This document shows, piece after piece, positions 10,501 to 20,286 of a stretch of DNA of 64,000 nucleotides (positions are counted from its first letter, which is position 1; every line of letters starts with the position of its first letter). The DNA lies in the NCBI GenBank assembly GCA_965198175.1, contig OZ240245.1, positions 4,064,001 to 4,128,000 on the forward strand, written 5' to 3'. The DNA is from Candidatus Poribacteria bacterium. GTDB lineage: Bacteria > Poribacteria > WGA-4E > PCPOR2b. Made by a program: the position numbers and the translations under genes. Under the pieces are notes generated by a model, which saw nothing but the letters and a program-made list of their open reading frames with translations, ran no database searches and was not told the DNA's origin.

Positions 10501-11890
10501 CAAGCCAAACACCATCTGTGTCCTCACCAATCGCTAACACATACCCAGAGGGAAGGGTTTTCACCTCGCGGTACGTTCTCCACCGTGCAGAAACCGAGTG
10601 AAACTGTGAAAGCCCGTGTATAGTTCCAATCCAGATGGTGTTCCCCCTGACTGCAAGAGAATTAATCTCGTTTGATGCCAATCCCATGTCTTGATGGAAC
10701 CACTGCATAGTTCCGAGTTTCGTATCGAAGTTCAGGAGCCCGTTTCCCGTCGCCATCCAGACCCGGCCCGCTGAAATCGCGAGAGCTTCAATCTGATTCG
10801 GTATCAATGCCCGGGTATCACGATTCTGCACAGCGTTCGAAGGGACGAAAACCTCCCAGCCGAACGTTTTCCATGTGTCTACCTCTCGTTTGTTGAAAGC
10901 ACGCATGGCGCGTTCATACTCCATATCGGCAGCCCGCGCCTGAGCCCGCGTTGGATTCCGCACAACTTGACGGCTTCTAGCCCGCACAGAGGCAGCAAAA
11001 TGTTGCGGATCTTTCAGTTTGCTATAGGCTTTGTCCTCGTTGGCAAGGTCTGTGGGGTTCATGAATTTCTTGTTGATGGTGCGGACAAGCCCCGATTTCG
11101 TCGCAATATAGACGCTATCGCCGCTCTCCTCAATGTCCGTAATCGAATCGCCCAGAATGTCCATAATCGAATTGGGCATTTCCTCCCGGCTCGGGCGCGG
11201 GACCGAGCGATTGCCACCTCGGGTGCTCACCCAAAAGGCACTCTGTTTGGTGAAATACTCCCACTTGTCATGCTTGATGTTATACCGCGATAATCCGCTG
11301 GGCGTGCCGATCCACACGTACTTTGAATCGTGATGAATCGTCGTTACGGACGGGATTTTAATACCCATAAAGTCTGTGTAGGAACGCCACCGATTCTTCT
11401 TCAATTGAAACGTACTTGCACCCTTTTCAGTTCCCACCCAGATCCAGTCGCGGCGCGCCGAAATACATTGAATCTTGTTTGCAATCAGCCCGTCCTTGAC
11501 GGTATAGCTCCTCCATTCGTCACGGTTCATGTCAAGAACTGATAACCCAGAATCCGTCCCAAACCACACGCGCCCAGACGGTTTTCTCCCAAACACCCCC
11601 TGCTTCCACTCGATTGCGATGCAATTCACTTGATTGCTGATAAGCCCATCCTTCGTTGTGAAAAAAACCCACTTTTCCGCATCAAAATTGTACCGGCTGA
11701 CCCCAGCGCCGGTTGAGACCCACAGATAATCACTGCCAATCTCAACGCCGCGCACATCCTCGCCAATCAACACGTCACCAATTTCGTCTTCGTCCTCAAC
11801 GGCTTCTGCCCACGGCACACCGATGGCGAACAGAACACTCAACAAAATCGACATTGTGTATACACGTTTGACCACTCTTGGAAAAGTCAT
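7559..11890 (-). CDS. Large secreted multi-beta-propeller protein (two-component-regulator propeller-type repeats)
   Basis: AGGAG before ATG 11890; signal peptide; many DGL.SN.I / WVGT..GL.RYD repeats; no kinase domain. Confidence 0.9.
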   Translation of the reverse strand: MTFPRVVKRVYTMSILLSVLFAIGVPWAEAVEDEDEIGDVLIGEDVRGVEIGSDYLWVSTGAGVSRYNFDAEKWVFFTTKDGLISNQVNCIAIEWKQGVFGRKPSGRVWFGTDSGLSVLDMNRDEWRSYTVKDGLIANKIQCISARRDWIWVGTEKGASTFQLKKNRWRSYTDFMGIKIPSVTTIHHDSKYVWIGTPSGLSRYNIKHDKWEYFTKQSAFWVSTRGGNRSVPRPSREEMPNSIMDILGDSITDIEESGDSVYIATKSGLVRTINKKFMNPTDLANEDKAYSKLKDPQHFAASVRARSRQVVRNPTRAQARAADMEYERAMRAFNKREVDTWKTFGWEVFVPSNAVQNRDTRALIPNQIEALAISAGRVWMATGNGLLNFDTKLGTMQWFHQDMGLASNEINSLAVRGNTIWIGTIHGLSQFHSVSARWRTYREVKTLPSGYVLAIGEDTDGVWLATQKAMSQFNPGTERWRIFTNEDGLGVGTLTCLDVVGNYLWIGSDQGISRFDKSNKTWNYFRAAKSGLVADEITKILVDGKSIWVGTARGLNRYDNTTHDWTAFSSRFGLSNDEITDLAAGSQHLWVGTGNGLSRYDKSTQNWHTTPAFEGTPILALDESDGIICVATEAGVHLCGDENGETWQKLKIDGDASIDVVALDDGVLWSGGWRNLGRYDFSSGQTRKFTDDDAPGLSNVRIHDIHPSYEYVWVATDGGIYRYNKRTDSWWAYAPSRERARTEVLVAKDIRAIVINEDYAFFGTPRGISRYDKTTDTWLNYTTRDGLRHNYVSSLLLVGNELWCGTYGGVSRYNLVLDRWTSLTTADGLCDNRVNALARDGNNVWIATQSGVSRFDTKAGMWQTLTKADGLPDGVVWSVAVDGADIWFGTNRGAAKYTHDENRWAIYTTDDGLINNIVTSIGVDEKYIFLATPGGITMYDKEVESLTPYSQADGLAAQDAKSIGSKEKYHWIGTSEGITLYNQITDLSRDFTEAQGLPSNNVEVVTIDGDEIWFGTDAGLARHHWIRGDWTTYSEAIEDIESTASDLISNNIKVVASDGDYLWAGTRLGLARYDKISHTWRIANLADQATQPNDRINLEQAIESALQASNPTETQKVYVDYRPEIAREKAIEAIHQLVPGNEKRTPQPGDPTVPSPFIRVNVEFPPVLTIRAIAPVFGQLWLGTEAGVIVYDKATDAATEIHPLLPRVRDIQYQEGKVWVLSDNQIAIYDHKARSWTLITNGQIVEHTRTGTGLTERLETTPEDLGIYGCTAMAFLNNQLWIGRENGLRIFKTDSRRMTLAHKFEVPPYLKSSEITALASDPENMWVGTRQGVFRYHVSQGRWETFTVLNGLIGNDISTITAGNKYVWVGTAGKGLCRYNRAAKQWEGFNIDNGLSDNNIRSISLDGKYVWVGTFSAGVCRYDLSTELWTTFRTEDYRAFASER

Positions 11891-12487
11891 GGCTGTCTCC
11901 TCTTTTCGGTTTTGGAAAGTATTCACATAATGGTAGATTAAGTCATTTACCGATAGTGGGAACATCTTCACATGCCTGTCAAACCAACACTACAACGGGG
12001 TCTAAATGCTACCCCTCTTTCGGTTAGCAAAATTAGACCTTAAATCTACCACAAGGCAATACCCTCCGGTTTTGGATGTTTGCTGGATGCTGAGCAATTG
12101 TGATGCCAATGTCATTCTGAAGGCTAACCGAAGCGATATTGAACATAGGATTCATGCAACCGGTGTGCAAAATCCAAGGGTGTGACCGTTCGACTCAACT
12201 CACCGAAGAACGGCTCATCAACAAAGTCTGAGAGCAACTACAAGGGAAGTCCCACCATATCGCCCCGGCGGAAATCTTCGCATCCCCCGAAATCAGGTCT
12301 TGTATTCAACTGCGTAAGCCCAACATGTTCGGTTGTTGTCGTGAACAGTTAGCTTAAATCATTGAGTCATTTTAAGTCGTTCCTGAAAAATAACATCGCG
12401 CTTTCTTTAATTAGAGCGGATTTAAGCGGAAACGTCAAGATAAAAGCAGGATTTCCCTGTCATCGTACGCGCGCACCGCTTTGCATA

Positions 12488-15400
12488 CTACATCCGTTTT
12501 TCGACAATGTAGTACAACACCGGTAGGACAAGCAGCGTCAAGAGGGTCGCAGTTATCATCCCGCCGCTGATGACAATTGCGAGCGGCTTCTGAAGTTCTG
12601 CGCCTGATCCGTGCGCAAGTGCGAGCGGCAACATCCCTAGCCCCGTGGTTAAGGCTGTCATCAACACTGGGCTAATGCGTTCCTCTGCACCCTTCAATAC
12701 GGCGTCGTAGAGCGACATCCCTTCTGCCCGCAGGGTGTTGATGTGCGTCACCAAGATAATGCCATTTCGCACTGCGATGCCGAACAGAAGAATGAAACCC
12801 ACCATAGACGGAATACTCAATACGCCGCCAGTGAGGAAAACACTGACGACACCACCGATTAACGCCAACGGAAGGTTCAGCATCACCAGCAATGAAAGCC
12901 GCATTGAACCCATCGCAAGATACAATAGAATACAGATGCCGACGAGGACAAAACCGGTTTGAACCAGAATCCGTTTTTGCGCTGCCTGTTGACTTTCGAA
13001 TTGCCCTCCGTAGGTGAGGAAATACGCCTCGGGCAGGTCAATGTGTTCGTTAATTTCCCGTTGAACTTGAGCAATAAAGTTACCGAGGTCGCGATTTTGT
13101 ACGTTACACTGAATCACTATCCGTCGAGAAACATTCTCGCGATTGATAGTATTTGGTCCAAACCCGTACCCAACATCGGCAACCTGTTTTAGCTGAACGT
13201 ATGTACCTGCAGGCGTTCTTAGCTTTAAGTCTCCGACAGATTCGAGGGTGGTGACAAGCGTCGGGTCAACCCGAATCACGAGTGCGTATTGCCGTTGCCC
13301 TTGAATGATCTGGCTCACCGCTTCGCCTTTGAACGCAGTCTCTGCGAAATGCGTTACGTCTTCAACTCGTAAGCCGTAGCGAGCCGCTTCACGCCGTTTG
13401 ACCTGAATCTGGATTTGCTCTACTTGTACCTGTTGCTCCACCCACAGATCCGCCACCCCGGGAATTTCCGCGATAACCGCCCGAATCTCCTCGGCTTTCT
13501 GCCTGAGTGTGTTGAGGTCTGGCCCAAACAGTTTCAATGCTACTTGTGCGTTCACGCCCGACAAGAGATGGTCAAGGCGATGTTGAATCGGTTGACCTAC
13601 GGACACTAGCACACCGGGAAACTTTTCCGCCGATAGCAGAGCGCGCACCTCGGTAAGGAGTTCCTCACGTGTTTTCTCTCGTTCATCGGGGGGAATGAGG
13701 TTCACCACAATCTCGTGGGTATCCACACTATGGGCGTGTTCATCAGTTTCTGCTCGCCCGGTGCGGCTGCTGACGCTTGTCACTTCTGAAAGCGTCAAAA
13801 TTTTGGTTTCCATTTCACGACCGATACGCGTGGATTCTCCCAACGAGGTTCCCGGTGGTGAGACGACAGCGATAGTAAAAGTGGCTTCGTCCATAACGGG
13901 CAGGAACTCGCGGCCCAAGCGGGGTATTGCCGCCAGTGTCAAGACTATCAGCAACATCGCCAACGCGACAACACCCCAACGTAGCCGCATGACCAAGGAG
14001 AGAATAGGACGATAAGCCCGTTTAATCCAAACAACCACAGGGCTCTCCTTCGTGCGTGGAACTCCCGATTGCGATTCATCTTTCGTGCGCCGGGTTCGGA
14101 AACGTGTCAACAGCAGGTCACTTAATACGGGGACCACCGTCAGCGCAACGAGTAGCGAGGCTGCCATTGAAATGACGACCGCCCATCCAAGCGGGCGAAA
14201 CATCCTGCCCTCCATACCGCTCAAGCTAAACAGCGGCACAAAAACGAGGATGATAATCAGCGTCGCGAAAACAATAGATGACCGAATCTCATCGCTTGCA
14301 CGTTTTACAACCTGCGTGGGTGTTTCGTCGGTTGCCTCGCCCCTAGCGTGACGCCGAAAATGTTCCTGCAATCGTCGGAAGATATTTTCGACGTAGACAA
14401 TCGCGTCATCAACCACCATACCAACGGCAATCGCCAAGCCCGCGAGCGTCATGATATTGAGTGTATCCCCCCGCGAAATCAGGACGATGACTGCCATAAT
14501 TAAGGAGAGTGGGATAGCAGTTAGTGTAATCAGTGCTGTGCGAATATTGAACAGGAAGATAATCAGAATCAGAACAACGAGAATTGCGCCGTCGCGCAGA
14601 GCATCTTTGACAGTATCCACGGCGCGCCGAATCAGATCGGCTTGTGCGTACTCGACTTTAACCTTGATACCTCTAGGCAGCGACTTTTCCAGCGATTTCA
14701 AGACGGAAACCACCTTGTCGCTGAGGCTGAGCGTATTAATCCCCGGTTGCTTAACTACCTTGCCTAAGACGGTTTCTTTACCATTGCGACTCCCTGCCCC
14801 GCGCCGTATTTCTGGCAGCTCCCCGATTTTCACCCTTCCGACATCTTTGACAAGTATCGGGGTGCTATGTCCCCGCACATCAATGACAACATTTTCGATG
14901 TCGGCAACTGTAGAAATCCGCCCCAACCCGCGAATCATTAACTCACGAGTGTCTTTGATAAGGAACCCGCCCGCAGAGTTTTCGTTGCTTTTCGCGAGCG
15001 CATCCGCAACATCTTCCAGCGAGAGGTGATAGTTTATCAACTGCTCAGGATTAACGAAGACCTGGTATTGCTTCACGTAGCCGCCGATGTTAATCACATT
15101 GGCGATGCCGCCCTGGGACTGGAGTTGATAGCGGATGACCCAATCTGCGAGATCTCGCATTTCCATCTCGTCAAATTTTCCGGTTTCATCAACAACCGCG
15201 TACTCTAGGATTTCGCCCAAAAGGGAGGAAGTCGGCAAGATAATCGGTGCATCCACACCGTGAGGCAGATTCGGGGAAACGAGTTGAAGTCGTTCAGAGA
15301 CCATTTGCCGCGCCAGAAAAATATCCATTCCCCAGTCGAATTCAACGAACACCAGCGACAAGCCGATGGCAGAGGAAGACCGAACCCGTGAAACATACGG

Positions 15401-15628
15401 CGTACCGTTCATCGCACTTTCGATAGGTAACGTGACTAGAGTTTCCATCTCTTCCGGGGACCAGCCGTGCGCCTCAGTTAAGATGGTAATGCGCGGTGGA
15501 TTGATGTCGGGATAGACATCAATCGGTGCCGAACCAAACATCCTGAATCCAATGATAACTATCACAATCGTAAACGCGATTGTCAGGAGCCTATTTTTGA
15601 GCGAAACCTCCGTGATTTTCGACCACAT
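12488..15628 (-). CDS. CusA/CzcA-family heavy-metal RND efflux transporter
   Basis: PIDVYPD, AIAVGMVVDDAIVYVEN, ERISPVLMTALTT; ~1046 aa. Confidence 0.95.
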   Translation of the reverse strand: MWSKITEVSLKNRLLTIAFTIVIVIIGFRMFGSAPIDVYPDINPPRITILTEAHGWSPEEMETLVTLPIESAMNGTPYVSRVRSSSAIGLSLVFVEFDWGMDIFLARQMVSERLQLVSPNLPHGVDAPIILPTSSLLGEILEYAVVDETGKFDEMEMRDLADWVIRYQLQSQGGIANVINIGGYVKQYQVFVNPEQLINYHLSLEDVADALAKSNENSAGGFLIKDTRELMIRGLGRISTVADIENVVIDVRGHSTPILVKDVGRVKIGELPEIRRGAGSRNGKETVLGKVVKQPGINTLSLSDKVVSVLKSLEKSLPRGIKVKVEYAQADLIRRAVDTVKDALRDGAILVVLILIIFLFNIRTALITLTAIPLSLIMAVIVLISRGDTLNIMTLAGLAIAVGMVVDDAIVYVENIFRRLQEHFRRHARGEATDETPTQVVKRASDEIRSSIVFATLIIILVFVPLFSLSGMEGRMFRPLGWAVVISMAASLLVALTVVPVLSDLLLTRFRTRRTKDESQSGVPRTKESPVVVWIKRAYRPILSLVMRLRWGVVALAMLLIVLTLAAIPRLGREFLPVMDEATFTIAVVSPPGTSLGESTRIGREMETKILTLSEVTSVSSRTGRAETDEHAHSVDTHEIVVNLIPPDEREKTREELLTEVRALLSAEKFPGVLVSVGQPIQHRLDHLLSGVNAQVALKLFGPDLNTLRQKAEEIRAVIAEIPGVADLWVEQQVQVEQIQIQVKRREAARYGLRVEDVTHFAETAFKGEAVSQIIQGQRQYALVIRVDPTLVTTLESVGDLKLRTPAGTYVQLKQVADVGYGFGPNTINRENVSRRIVIQCNVQNRDLGNFIAQVQREINEHIDLPEAYFLTYGGQFESQQAAQKRILVQTGFVLVGICILLYLAMGSMRLSLLVMLNLPLALIGGVVSVFLTGGVLSIPSMVGFILLFGIAVRNGIILVTHINTLRAEGMSLYDAVLKGAEERISPVLMTALTTGLGMLPLALAHGSGAELQKPLAIVISGGMITATLLTLLVLPVLYYIVEKRM

Positions 15629-15649
15629 TAATCTTCCTCCTTTGCGCAC

Positions 15650-17590
15650 TTAGTGAGAATGCCCCGCGTGCGCATGTTGCCCCTCGGCAACCTTCACGGT
15701 TGCCCGCAACAACTGGTGCTGCCCGTGAACCACCACACGCTCGCCCGGAGACAAACCGTCCCTAATTTCGATATACCGGTCATCGGCTGACCCCACCACA
15801 ATTTCACGCTTACTGTAGGCGGATCCGCGCTCAACAAAAACAAAACGGCTGCCTCCGTCTTCAAGCACTGCATTCAACGGAACACTCAATGCCTCCTCCA
15901 TTTTTTCAAGGACAATCGTCTGTTCCGCGAACATCCCCGGCTTGAGCTGATGAGCCGCATTGCCCACTTCTGCCCAAAAGTGAACGGTACGTTTATCGGG
16001 GTCCATTGCATCTGAAATGTGGGAGATTTTGCCGGTGAAAGTCGTTCCGGGATATGCCGTGACGCGAATGCGTACCTCACGGCCCACCTGGAATTTTTCC
16101 TGAATGAGTGCGAGCGTGTCTTCATAAGCCTCACCTTCAACCCAGACGACGTCAGTGTCCAGTATTGAGAAGAGTATATCGCGTTTTTCAACCGTGGTGC
16201 CGAGTGTCACATGCTGCTTAATGATTTGTCCGGAAGCTGGTGCCGTGACGTAGAATATTGGAGACGGCTGACCCGTCTGCGTAATCTTTTCAATGTCGGC
16301 GAGCGTGAGTCCAGACACTTGAAGTTTCTGCCGAATTTTGTTCAAGGTGATGACAGCACTGCGAAGCACCTCTTCTATTTGAAGCAGTCCCTCCAGTGCC
16401 TCCGAACTCTCGACGAAGGCAAGGTAAATCTCAATAAGTCCCTCGGCGGATAAATCGTTGAACGATACAATTGAACCGGTTTCTGCGAGGGTTTCGAGAA
16501 GTGTTTCACTTAAACCAGCAGCCAATGCGCGCTGTTTGTTTGCTGCAACCTTGATAGCCGCGATTTTGTACGCCGCTTTTGCATCAACCAGTTCCGCCCC
16601 TTCTTCAGTGAGCATTGCGTATTTTTCCAACAAGGTTCCGCTATTACTCTCCATTGTCGGATCTGAGTCTAATGTGTCTACACCTAGTAGCGAGAGGATT
16701 GGAGTTTCCCCACCATCGCGAAGGATTTTTGTCAGGATCTGTTCGCTGGCGCCGAGAATCTCGAATTGCCGCTTCGCATCTGCCATCTCACTTTTCCCTT
16801 TCCTGTATTCTGCCTGTTGAGCGATTACTTCCTTCTGCGCAGAAATGCGCTTTTCTGCGAGGGTTTCAGTCCTCTTGAGCGTAGCCCCTAACAATTGGAG
16901 TTCAACCTCGGCTTTGACCAATCTAAAGCGCATCTGCTCTAGTGCTGAGATGGTCTTCGTCACAGCAAGGGCTTTGCGTTTTTGAACCGCCATTTTCATC
17001 TGCTTCAACCCGGAAAGCGATTCCAAGTAGTCAATTTGCCGAGTTTGCAATTCGCGCCGAATCTGCTTGGCAAAAACTTGCGTCAATCTCTCTAGTTTGG
17101 CGACTAACGATTTCTGTTGAGCCACTGCTTCAATCAGTTCAATCTGTGCCATTTGCAAATCAAGACTCTCCAACTCAAGTAGGACATCGCCCTTTTTGAG
17201 TGAGTCGCCGAGACTGAAATGGATGTGCCTCACGATACCACCGATTCTTGGTGTGATAACGGTATGCCTGCCGGGGTGGGCGATTACATTTCCGGTAACT
17301 TGCACACCGCTCTCAATTGCGTGAACATCAGCCGCCACAGTTTTCAAACCGATGTTGGCTTTCGCTTTATCGGTGAGTATCACCGTGTTTTCTTGGCTGT
17401 GCTCATGACCTGCTTGTTCGCCGTGGGAGTGTCCATGATCTGTCGTGTCATGCGTGTGATTCGCACTTTCTTCATGCACACCCGCATCGTGTGCCCAAGT
17501 AAATGTCCGACTGACGTTTAGTGAAACCAAGCACCCTATCACGATACCAGAGATTGCCAAAAGTCGTGTGAGACGAAAGTAGCGTAGCAT
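15650..17590 (-). CDS. RND periplasmic adaptor (CzcB/CusB-like), unusually long, with His-rich termini
   Basis: TPRIGGIV, APASGQI, LKPGMFA, GLSPGERVV; 646 aa. Confidence 0.92.
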   Translation of the reverse strand: MLRYFRLTRLLAISGIVIGCLVSLNVSRTFTWAHDAGVHEESANHTHDTTDHGHSHGEQAGHEHSQENTVILTDKAKANIGLKTVAADVHAIESGVQVTGNVIAHPGRHTVITPRIGGIVRHIHFSLGDSLKKGDVLLELESLDLQMAQIELIEAVAQQKSLVAKLERLTQVFAKQIRRELQTRQIDYLESLSGLKQMKMAVQKRKALAVTKTISALEQMRFRLVKAEVELQLLGATLKRTETLAEKRISAQKEVIAQQAEYRKGKSEMADAKRQFEILGASEQILTKILRDGGETPILSLLGVDTLDSDPTMESNSGTLLEKYAMLTEEGAELVDAKAAYKIAAIKVAANKQRALAAGLSETLLETLAETGSIVSFNDLSAEGLIEIYLAFVESSEALEGLLQIEEVLRSAVITLNKIRQKLQVSGLTLADIEKITQTGQPSPIFYVTAPASGQIIKQHVTLGTTVEKRDILFSILDTDVVWVEGEAYEDTLALIQEKFQVGREVRIRVTAYPGTTFTGKISHISDAMDPDKRTVHFWAEVGNAAHQLKPGMFAEQTIVLEKMEEALSVPLNAVLEDGGSRFVFVERGSAYSKREIVVGSADDRYIEIRDGLSPGERVVVHGQHQLLRATVKVAEGQHAHAGHSH

Positions 17591-17684
17591 TTTTGTTCCT
17601 CCTTTTGCTCCTTGTCCTGTTGCATTAACAATCTTTCAATATTGACTCACAAGATGAACAGCGGTCGGTACACTCCGTGTGCAG

Positions 17685-18959
17685 TCAACCTCCGCTTGGC
17701 TGCGGCAATAATTCTACGGATGTGCCGACGGCGGCTTCAAGTTCTGCCAGCGCCTTGTGGAACGTCGTGAGCGCGTCCAGATGCGCAAACCGTATCTTGA
17801 TAAACTCGTTCTGCATCAGAATAACCTCCAAAAGCCCCGCTTCCCCCAATTCGTAGGCAGTGCGCGTCAGTTTAAGGTTTTCATTCAGCAGCTTTACCAA
17901 ATCGCCTTCATAGAATTTGAGATTCTTTTGGGCGGTCGTCAAGGAAAGGAACGTCCCAATCACCTCCCGGACAACTTGTCGCTCCTTGTTGCTAATTACG
18001 AGGGCGTTAACCTGCTGTTCGGCTTTTGCAACATCAATCTCGGCGCGATTTCGGTCGAACACCGGCAATGGAAATGAAAACTTCACACCGAATGCCTTCT
18101 CATCTGAGCTGCGTTGGGCTATACCCGCAATACTCAGATCAGGGATGTTCGCAGCCCTTGCCAGCCGAAGCTCTCTGTCAGTCAACAGCGCGTTTAATCG
18201 AAGCGACTTCACGTCCGCACGATGAGCCAGCGCGTGCGTCGTCAAAGTGTCGAGCTTCAGATTCTGAAGCTGATTCAACGATATTTTCTCTGCAAAACCA
18301 CCGATGGCGATAGGTGTTGTTTCAAGCAGGGCACCCATCAGATTGTTGATTTCAAGTTGTGCTAGTTGCAATTCGCTATCTAATGTTGCTGCGTCGCGCA
18401 GCACTGATTGCAGTTGCACCCTCGCCAGATTAACATGCGTCACCGAAATATCGCCGGTTTCAAATTGAACCTGAGCGATGTTGCGCATCTGTTCGTAGTG
18501 CTGGATGATTTCTTCCGTGAGTTTAAGTTTCTCTTGGACAAGCACTAGATCATAGAAAGCGAGCTTCACCGACTTCGTAAGCAACCGAGACGCTTCAGTG
18601 AGCTCAACATTCACCTCTTCAAGCAGAATCTTCGCAATTCGTTTCCGATGCCCACGTTGTCCACCGAGTTGAAAAGATTTGGATAATTCGAGTCCCTGCT
18701 CACCATCAATCCCTCCAACAAACTCGGTTTCCAGTTCAGGGTTACCAAGTAACGCAATGCCGTCAATTCGGGCGCGGGCAACTTTGACTTTTTCGCGAAT
18801 CGCACTGAGCTCTGGGTTTTCGCGCAGCGCTGTCTGGATTGCAATCTCAAGCGAGATTTTGCACTCCGCCTGTGAAAACGCGGGCGGTATTTGCACGGTG
18901 CTTACTACGAATAGGTAAATGCCCACCATCACGAGAATGGGGTTGGATGTGGTTTTCAT
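17685..18959 (-). CDS. TolC/CzcC-family outer-membrane efflux protein
   Basis: GGAGG before ATG 18959; ALRENPEL, LPVFDRNR, AYELGEAGLLEV. Confidence 0.92.
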   Translation of the reverse strand: MKTTSNPILVMVGIYLFVVSTVQIPPAFSQAECKISLEIAIQTALRENPELSAIREKVKVARARIDGIALLGNPELETEFVGGIDGEQGLELSKSFQLGGQRGHRKRIAKILLEEVNVELTEASRLLTKSVKLAFYDLVLVQEKLKLTEEIIQHYEQMRNIAQVQFETGDISVTHVNLARVQLQSVLRDAATLDSELQLAQLEINNLMGALLETTPIAIGGFAEKISLNQLQNLKLDTLTTHALAHRADVKSLRLNALLTDRELRLARAANIPDLSIAGIAQRSSDEKAFGVKFSFPLPVFDRNRAEIDVAKAEQQVNALVISNKERQVVREVIGTFLSLTTAQKNLKFYEGDLVKLLNENLKLTRTAYELGEAGLLEVILMQNEFIKIRFAHLDALTTFHKALAELEAAVGTSVELLPQPSGG

Positions 18960-19183
18960 TCGCAATGTTCTCCTCCAAGTGGAATGGACGAATGGATTAA
19001 GAATTTCTGTCCGTATTCTCCGGGGCTGCAAACCGCGCAAGTTCCCTCCAAATATCACCGGTGCGCCTACGAATAGATCGGCGCGCGGTTAATACAGACT
19101 CATGTCAACGCTAGCCCGCGCTTAATTCGCTATTAAGCGGGACGCGATGGGACCTGCGCGTAGATAGCATGGGGAAACCGTGT

Positions 19184-19633
19184 CTAAATGAGGAGTGTAG
19201 TGGTACGGAGGGATACGAGGGTTGGATTGATTAACGGCTTAGCGCCGAAAAGAGCGGTGCAGATTGGAATTGTAGGGACATGCGGTTCAGATGCCTCCAG
19301 CGCCGCAGCGGAAACTGCGTGGCGTGCTAGCACATTCTTGGCAGGAACAACATGCGGTTGTTTGTCTAAGGGGACAAAGATGGCGAGATCGATGCACCAA
19401 CCACAGTGATCTGCTTCCGATGCGGATTCAGTGAGCGTTGCCCCCTCGCGTTCCGAGTCAAAAGGGTGTGCGTCGGTACATCGTCCGTTAGCGCCCACTT
19501 CAAATTCGACGTGACCGTCTGCACCGATACACAGAACATAGTTGGACAGCGGCACCGGTGTAATGATGACATAAAGTAGCAGCCAAATCAAAGGGATGGC
19601 GGTGCTCTTTTTTGACATCAAGAGAGATTCCAT
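19184..19633 (-). CDS. Small Cys/His protein heading the efflux operon (candidate leader)
   Basis: Hydrophobic N-terminus, VLCIGADGHVEFE, DHCGWC, ends LVSLRTTTLLI. Confidence 0.75.
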   Translation of the reverse strand: MESLLMSKKSTAIPLIWLLLYVIITPVPLSNYVLCIGADGHVEFEVGANGRCTDAHPFDSEREGATLTESASEADHCGWCIDLAIFVPLDKQPHVVPAKNVLARHAVSAAALEASEPHVPTIPICTALFGAKPLINPTLVSLRTTTLLI

Positions 19634-20009
19634 TCTGGTTGTCTCGGAAATTGGCTGAAGTCTCAGGGACGCTCATTTCGACACTGGTTGTTGAACGTGC
19701 TGTTGCGAGCGGAACTCGCTCCTACTCTATGTATTATAAGTCAATGTCGTCCAACTGTCAAGTACAACAGTTGCAAGGTGCACCGCAACCGCGGTTTATT
19801 TTTGGCTGTCTGTAGAGGATCTCGCTACCCCGTACTAGACCGTGTGCAATGAAAAGGGATACAGAGAGACCATAGAGAAATCTGTGATTTGACAATCGCA
19901 GATCGTGTGCGACGAAGTGTTGAGTTTCGCTTGAATTTCGGCCCTTACAGTCGAAGGGAAATCTCGAAAGTCCTCCTGTGTGATTTCTCATAGGATTTCC
20001 GATCAACCT

Positions 20010-20254
20010 AACTTACGCACTAGATGAAATACGGTGTTCAGCACCAACTGTAACGGATTGCCGCGTGCTCCCAAAACCGCGTCAAACCCGATTAGACCCG
20101 CCCATGAACGCCGCAGCGGATCGCACTTTAATCCCGATAACCGGCATGATGAGCCCAGTCCGTGCGCGAATGACAGCATGGTGATGAGTGTCGAATGCGT
20201 GTGTTGCCGAAGGCCGCGTTGAACGATGAAAAACAACCCGATCCGCTTTTTCAT
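20010..20254 (-). pseudogene. N-terminal fragment of an FtsX-like ABC permease
   Basis: LFFIVQRGLRQH...STLITMLS and GFDAVLGARGNPLQLVLNTVFHL, with an out-of-frame middle; truncated. Confidence 0.65.
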
Positions 20255-20286
20255 GTCTGTAATTAAGGCCTGCATCCTTGTGGACA

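Noticed and set aside
12000..12480. Intergenic region with REP-like and IS-end-like scraps
   Set aside because: Matches too short and degenerate to support a call
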